Below are positions 59,603 through 64,000 of a stretch of 64,000 nucleotides of DNA, one piece after another (the first letter of the stretch is position 1; each line of letters begins with the position of its first letter). The position numbers were made by a program, and so were the translations under genes. Under the pieces are notes generated by a model. The model had not been told where the DNA came from and did no database searches. It saw nothing but the letters and a program-made list of their open reading frames with translations. The stretch is from an uncultured Chloroflexia bacterium (GTDB lineage Bacteria > Chloroflexota > Limnocylindria > Limnocylindrales > CSP1-4). The DNA is taken from contig CAWHXD010000017.1 in the NCBI GenBank assembly GCA_963833225.1, positions 96,001 through 160,000 on the forward strand. Direction: 5' to 3'.

Positions 59603-59680
59603 CGGACCGAGCCTACCGCGCCGCCGGCCGCGATGAATGCCGTGGCGACGAACGGGGCCGGGACGGGGCCGGTCGAAGCC

Positions 59681-61213
59681 TCACGGGGCTCCGTAGAGCT
59701 CGAAGTAGCGAGCCAGCAGATCGCCGGCCATCGGGGCCGCGGTCTCCCCTCCCCGGCCGCCACGCTCGACGAGCACCGCGATGACGACCCGGGGGTTCTC
59801 AACGGGGGCGAACCCGATGAACCAGGAGTGGGGCTCGCCCTTGCCGCCGAGCTCGGCGGTGCCGGACTTGCCGGCCGTCGGGATCCCCGGCACGGCCGCC
59901 CCCGAGGTGAACTGCCGGCCCAGGTCGCCCTCGACGGCCTGCTCCATCGCCACCTGCAGGGCGCGCGCGTCGTCCTCGCCCATCACGCGGCGCCAGACCT
60001 CAGGGTGGATCGTGCGGGCTCCTGGCCCGTCGCCGGTGAGGGCCGCGACGAGATGGGGCTTCATCAGGACGCCGTCGTTGGCTACCGCGGACGCCACGAG
60101 CGCCATCTGCAGCGGCGTCACGAAGGTCTCCCCCTGGCCGAACGCTGCCGACGCCAGCTCGGCATCATCGGTGAACCCCCCGGGCTGGCTCCCGGCCCCG
60201 GACGTGACCGACGAGATCGCCGTCGGCAGGTCGAACGGGATCGGGGCTCCAAAGCCCAGGTCTGCGGCTTCGCTCACCAGCCGCTCACCGCCGATGCGAA
60301 GGCCGGCCAGGGCGTACCAGATGTTGCAGCTGACCTCCGTCGCCCCCGTCAGGTCGAGCGCGACGTCGCCGGTCATGGGGTGATGCCCGTCCCGGATCCG
60401 GAACCCGTCCACCAGGAGGCCGCTGGTCTCGGCGACCGGCTGCTGGGGGAAGGTGGTGGACGGCTCGATCGCGCCGCTGTCGAGCCCGGCGATCGCGGTC
60501 ATGATCTTGAGCACCGATCCCGGCACGTACCGGCCGAGCGTGGCCCGTGGCAGCAGGGGCCGGGCCTCGTCCGCCTGGAGCGCCTCGAAGGTGCGTGTCG
60601 CGGTGGCGGGGTCAGCGATGGCCGACGCGTCGTACACGGGCGTCGAGGCGAGCGCCAGGATCTCGCCGGTGGCCGGGTCAAGCATCACCACCGCGCCGGT
60701 GTTGCTGCCCAGGGCCTTCACCGCGGCACGTTGCAGGCGGAGGTCAAGCGTCAGCCGCAGCCCGAGCCGCCGGTCAGGAACGCTGGTGAACTTGCCCAGG
60801 AGATCGCCCAGCGCGCCGGACCCCGAGAGACCCAGCAGCTGGGCGTTGTAGGTGCGCTCCAGGCCGGCCGTGCCGTACTTGCGCGAGGCGTAGCCAACGA
60901 CCTGGCTGATCGCGTCGTCCCGGTACCACCGAAGCGCCTCGCCGTTGGCGTCGCGGTCGCTGCGGGCCAGCCACAGCCCGTTGCGGTCCTCGATCTCGCC
61001 CCGTAGCGCGCGTCGCGCGATCGCCACGACCGCCGGGTTGTCGGGCGCCGTCGACAGGCGCTCCGCCTCGGCGACCTGCCACCACCCCGCGCCCACACCG
61101 AGCACCGAGAACGCGACCGCGATCGCGACGCCCGTCCGGAACACGTTCGCCCTGATCCCCCGCGAGCGTCGCCGGCGGAGCTGGCGGTCCACGATCGGCC
61201 GCGGCTGGCTCAT
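59681..61213 (-). CDS. pbpA: Class B penicillin-binding protein (PbpA type)
   Basis: PGSVLK (SxxK), SCN (SxN), KSGTAE. Coupled to rodA. Confidence 0.9.
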   Translation of the reverse strand: MSQPRPIVDRQLRRRRSRGIRANVFRTGVAIAVAFSVLGVGAGWWQVAEAERLSTAPDNPAVVAIARRALRGEIEDRNGLWLARSDRDANGEALRWYRDDAISQVVGYASRKYGTAGLERTYNAQLLGLSGSGALGDLLGKFTSVPDRRLGLRLTLDLRLQRAAVKALGSNTGAVVMLDPATGEILALASTPVYDASAIADPATATRTFEALQADEARPLLPRATLGRYVPGSVLKIMTAIAGLDSGAIEPSTTFPQQPVAETSGLLVDGFRIRDGHHPMTGDVALDLTGATEVSCNIWYALAGLRIGGERLVSEAADLGFGAPIPFDLPTAISSVTSGAGSQPGGFTDDAELASAAFGQGETFVTPLQMALVASAVANDGVLMKPHLVAALTGDGPGARTIHPEVWRRVMGEDDARALQVAMEQAVEGDLGRQFTSGAAVPGIPTAGKSGTAELGGKGEPHSWFIGFAPVENPRVVIAVLVERGGRGGETAAPMAGDLLARYFELYGAP

Positions 61214-62670
61214 GCCAGCTCCCTGCGGAGCCGGAACCCGCGGAGGCGCCGCCGGCCGTCCCGCGGCGCCGGCGGCGGCTCGGTTCCAGGGTCCGAGAGG
61301 ACCAGGAGCAGTCCGACGACGACGGCGTTCGCGAGCAACGACGATCCCCCGTAGGAGATGAACGGCAGGGTGATGCCTGTCAGCGGAATGAGCTTGAGGT
61401 TGCCGGCGGCGATGATGAACGCCTGGACCCCGATGACGAGGGCCAGACCGGCCGCCAGCAGCGAACGGAAGTCATCGCGCGCCATCGCCGCGATGCGCAG
61501 GCCCCTGGACACGACCACCAGGTACAGGCCCAGGAGCGCCAGCAGCCCGACCAGGCCCAGCTCCTCGCCCAGCGCGGCCAGCGGGTAGTCGCTGTGGACG
61601 GCGGGGATCGGCAGGTTTCCCCCGATCGTCGGCAGGCCCGCACCGAGACCCACCCCGAGAATGCCGCCCCTTCCGAACGCGTACAACGCCTGGACCACCT
61701 GGAAGCCGGCCCCCTGCGGGTCGCGCCATGGGTCGATCCAGTTGTCCACCCGCGCCTGCACGTGTCCGAACACGTTGTAGAGCACGATGGAGCCGCCGGC
61801 GAACAGCAGCAGGCCAAGGACCACGTAGCTCGGCCGGCCGGTCGCCACGTAGAGCAACGCCAGGAACACGACGAAGAACAGCAGGGCCGCACCCAGGTCA
61901 CGCTGGACCACGACGATCCCCAGCGCGATCGCCCACATGGCGACCATCGGCGCGAGGTACGGGAGGGGTGGTAGGCGAAGCGGGCCGATGCGGGTGCTCT
62001 CCTCCGCGAGGAGGGCACGGTTCTCCGAGAGGTACGCGGCGAGGAACACGACGAGGATCACCTTGAGCAGCTCGCTCGGCTGACCCGCGATCGGCCCGAT
62101 CGAGAGGCTCAGCCTCGCCCCGTTGACCTCCGACCCGAGCACGAACACGAGCAGCAGCAACCCGATCCCGGCCGCGGCCCAGGTGTACTTGTAGGTGCGC
62201 AGCCAGGCGTCGGATCGGACGGCGAGGCCGATCGCGATGATCACCGACAGGGCGACCAGCAGCCACGCGAGCTGGAGCTGCCCCAGACCGAGCACGGCGT
62301 CGCCGAACGACTGGGTGACGAGCGTCTGCGGCAGCCGCTGCATGAGCAGCAGGCCGATGCCGCCGAGCATCCCGACGGCGGGCAGCAGGACCTGGTCGGT
62401 GCGGCGGCCGGCAAGGACGAAGGCGAGATGCGCCGCGAACAGCGAGCCCACGTAGACGAGCAGGCCCTGGGCATCGGGGGGGCCGAAGTCGAGCGCCTTG
62501 AGCGTCTTGCCGGCCTCCGTGGCCGTGCGCAGCTGCTGGGTGGCGCCCAGGGACATCGCCCCCACCACGAGCGTGACGCCGACGAGGCCCAGCAGCATCA
62601 GCTCCGTGGGTCGCGGCCGCGGGTGGATCCGCAGTCTGAACCTGGGGCGTGCCTGGGCGAGGACGCTCAC
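61210..62670 (-). CDS. rodA: SEDS protein RodA/FtsW
   Basis: QPSELLK, QRDLG, HSDY, LPFISYGGSS. Confidence 0.92.
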   Translation of the reverse strand: MSVLAQARPRFRLRIHPRPRPTELMLLGLVGVTLVVGAMSLGATQQLRTATEAGKTLKALDFGPPDAQGLLVYVGSLFAAHLAFVLAGRRTDQVLLPAVGMLGGIGLLLMQRLPQTLVTQSFGDAVLGLGQLQLAWLLVALSVIIAIGLAVRSDAWLRTYKYTWAAAGIGLLLLVFVLGSEVNGARLSLSIGPIAGQPSELLKVILVVFLAAYLSENRALLAEESTRIGPLRLPPLPYLAPMVAMWAIALGIVVVQRDLGAALLFFVVFLALLYVATGRPSYVVLGLLLFAGGSIVLYNVFGHVQARVDNWIDPWRDPQGAGFQVVQALYAFGRGGILGVGLGAGLPTIGGNLPIPAVHSDYPLAALGEELGLVGLLALLGLYLVVVSRGLRIAAMARDDFRSLLAAGLALVIGVQAFIIAAGNLKLIPLTGITLPFISYGGSSLLANAVVVGLLLVLSDPGTEPPPAPRDGRRRLRGFRLRRELA

Positions 62671-63101
62671 GCGCGACCCCGATCCAGCCGGAAGCGGATC
62701 TCGCCAACCTGGATCTCGTCGCCGAATCCGAGCGGACCGAGCCCCTCGACCAGGATGCCGTTGACGTACGTCCCGTTGGTGCTCGAGAGGTCCTCCACGT
62801 ACCAGTTGCGCCCGCGGAACGTCAGCACCGCGTGCTCCGCCGATGCGAATGGATCGTCGAGCACGATCCCGTTGTTCACGTCACGGCCGAGCGTCGTCAC
62901 GGCGTCGAGCGGAAAGGAGCCGCCGGGCTGGGGCTCCCCCAGCGGCGACGCCAGGACCACCAGCCGCCCGAGCTCAGCCGGCCCCCGCGAGGCGGTCCGC
63001 AGGTCACGGAGCACGACACGGACGACGGCAAACAGGAAGCCATAGAGCAGGACGAGGAACAGGATCCGCACGACCCAGAGCGTGAGCACAAATCCGTCCA
63101 T
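62667..63101 (-). CDS. FHA domain protein (FhaB/FipA-like)
   Basis: TM, then LGR, SAEHA, DLSSTNGT. Confidence 0.9.
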   Translation of the reverse strand: MDGFVLTLWVVRILFLVLLYGFLFAVVRVVLRDLRTASRGPAELGRLVVLASPLGEPQPGGSFPLDAVTTLGRDVNNGIVLDDPFASAEHAVLTFRGRNWYVEDLSSTNGTYVNGILVEGLGPLGFGDEIQVGEIRFRLDRGRA

Positions 63102-63111
63102 GGGTCCGGCC

Positions 63112-64000
63112 TCAGCCAGGGAGCTGCTCGACCAGCAGGACGGTGTCGCCCAGGATCACCCGGTCGCCGGATCCCAGGACGCACTCGTCCACCCGAATCC
63201 CGTTGACTCGCGACCCGTTGGTGCTGCCAAGGTCGGTGATCACCAGCGTGCCGCGCCGAGCCTGCAGCCGTGCGTGGTGGCGCGAGATGCGCGGATCGGC
63301 GATGACGAGGCCGTTGTCCGGCGCTCGGCCAAGCGTGAGCGGCGTCCCGTCCACCTCGATGACTCGCTCGGAGCCGTCCCTCGCGGCCAGCCGGAGCACC
63401 GCCCGGGTGGGCGCGGGGACAGGGCGCCGGAAGACCACGGTCCCGGTCTCGTCCCCACGGATGCCTCCAGAAGGCGGCTTGGCGGACTCCTGCTCCACTG
63501 GCTGCCGGCGATCGAGGGGCTCTGGCGGGATGGCAGGGTCGCCCGCGGCGACGTCGACCGCGGAGCCTTCCCGTGGACCCGGCAGGTCGACGGACGCGCC
63601 CGACAGGGCCGGAGACAGCCGGTGATCCGCGACCCAGCCAGCGGGCGCCGCCACGGCATCGACCTCGATCACACCCCTGACAACCCCCGGGTCCCGGACG
63701 AGCGCCACCGTCGGCCGCCCGGGCAGCTGGTAGCTGTGCGATCTCGCGAAGGCGAGCGCTGCGTCCGCCAGTCGGTGGGCAAGGGCATCGGGTCCACCCG
63801 AGGCAGCGGCAACGTCCGCCATGTCCACGGGATGGAGCCGGACACGGTAGCGAGCGGGCACGGTCGACCGGCCCCCAACCGTGCTGCGGGCACGATCCAT
63901 TGCCCGCTCGACCCGCCGTTCGACCTGGATGGGCTGGGGATGGGCCCGGAACAGGCGTGCGGTCGAGCGCTCGAAGACGCGTTCGAGGAGCCGTTCGAGA
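63112..64000 (-). CDS. FhaA-like protein (DUF3662 + FHA; 5' end outside window)
   Basis: ERLLERVFE..ARLFRAHPQPIQVERRVERAM N-terminal domain, and FHA motifs LGR, SRHHA, STNG. Confidence 0.88.
   Translation of the reverse strand, partial: LERLLERVFERSTARLFRAHPQPIQVERRVERAMDRARSTVGGRSTVPARYRVRLHPVDMADVAAASGGPDALAHRLADAALAFARSHSYQLPGRPTVALVRDPGVVRGVIEVDAVAAPAGWVADHRLSPALSGASVDLPGPREGSAVDVAAGDPAIPPEPLDRRQPVEQESAKPPSGGIRGDETGTVVFRRPVPAPTRAVLRLAARDGSERVIEVDGTPLTLGRAPDNGLVIADPRISRHHARLQARRGTLVITDLGSTNGSRVNGIRVDECVLGSGDRVILGDTVLLVEQLPG

Noticed and set aside
472-61006. Many long antisense or alternate-frame ORFs (e.g. 472..2337 +, 13808..15679 +, 20712..23429 -, 35936..38071 +, 55040..57028 +)
   Set aside because: They are shadow ORFs of real genes in high-GC DNA, Arg/Gly/Pro-rich and without recognisable motifs.
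1-64000. CRISPR arrays, IS elements, prophage, rRNA
   Set aside because: I saw no spaced direct repeats, transposase, integrase, phage structural genes or rRNA-like sequence.

Overview
This is 64 kb of very GC-rich (visually >70%) bacterial core chromosome. The gene repertoire suggests a monoderm, most likely Chloroflexota (inference). About 57 genes, mostly on the minus strand: dprA-comM, two orphan REC-CpaE/TadZ ATPases, nfeD-qmcA and nfeD-flotillin pairs, tyrA, trpB2, thpR, ppa, a DnaB-C-terminal-only ATPase, ftsH, a tRNA(CAT), mrfA-mrfB, ychF, murI, an agmatinase-family enzyme, a UvrD-nuclease fusion followed by an orphan DNA methyltransferase, rarA, murJ, vapBC, a serine operon, moxR-DUF58-transglutaminase and fhaA-fhaB-rodA-pbpA. 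I found no CRISPR array, IS, integrase or prophage. At least nine conserved genes carry single-base frameshifts, most likely long-read consensus errors. The best candidate for something undescribed is a ~200-nt intergenic structured RNA at 59.08-59.28 kb with its own -10 element and 6S-like architecture. Other candidates are a small Zn-ribbon protein with Arg-rich ERR/DRR repeats, the truncated DnaB paralog, the helicase-nuclease/methyltransferase operon, and apparent leaderless transcription at eight genes. All family calls come from motif recognition by eye; no searches were run.
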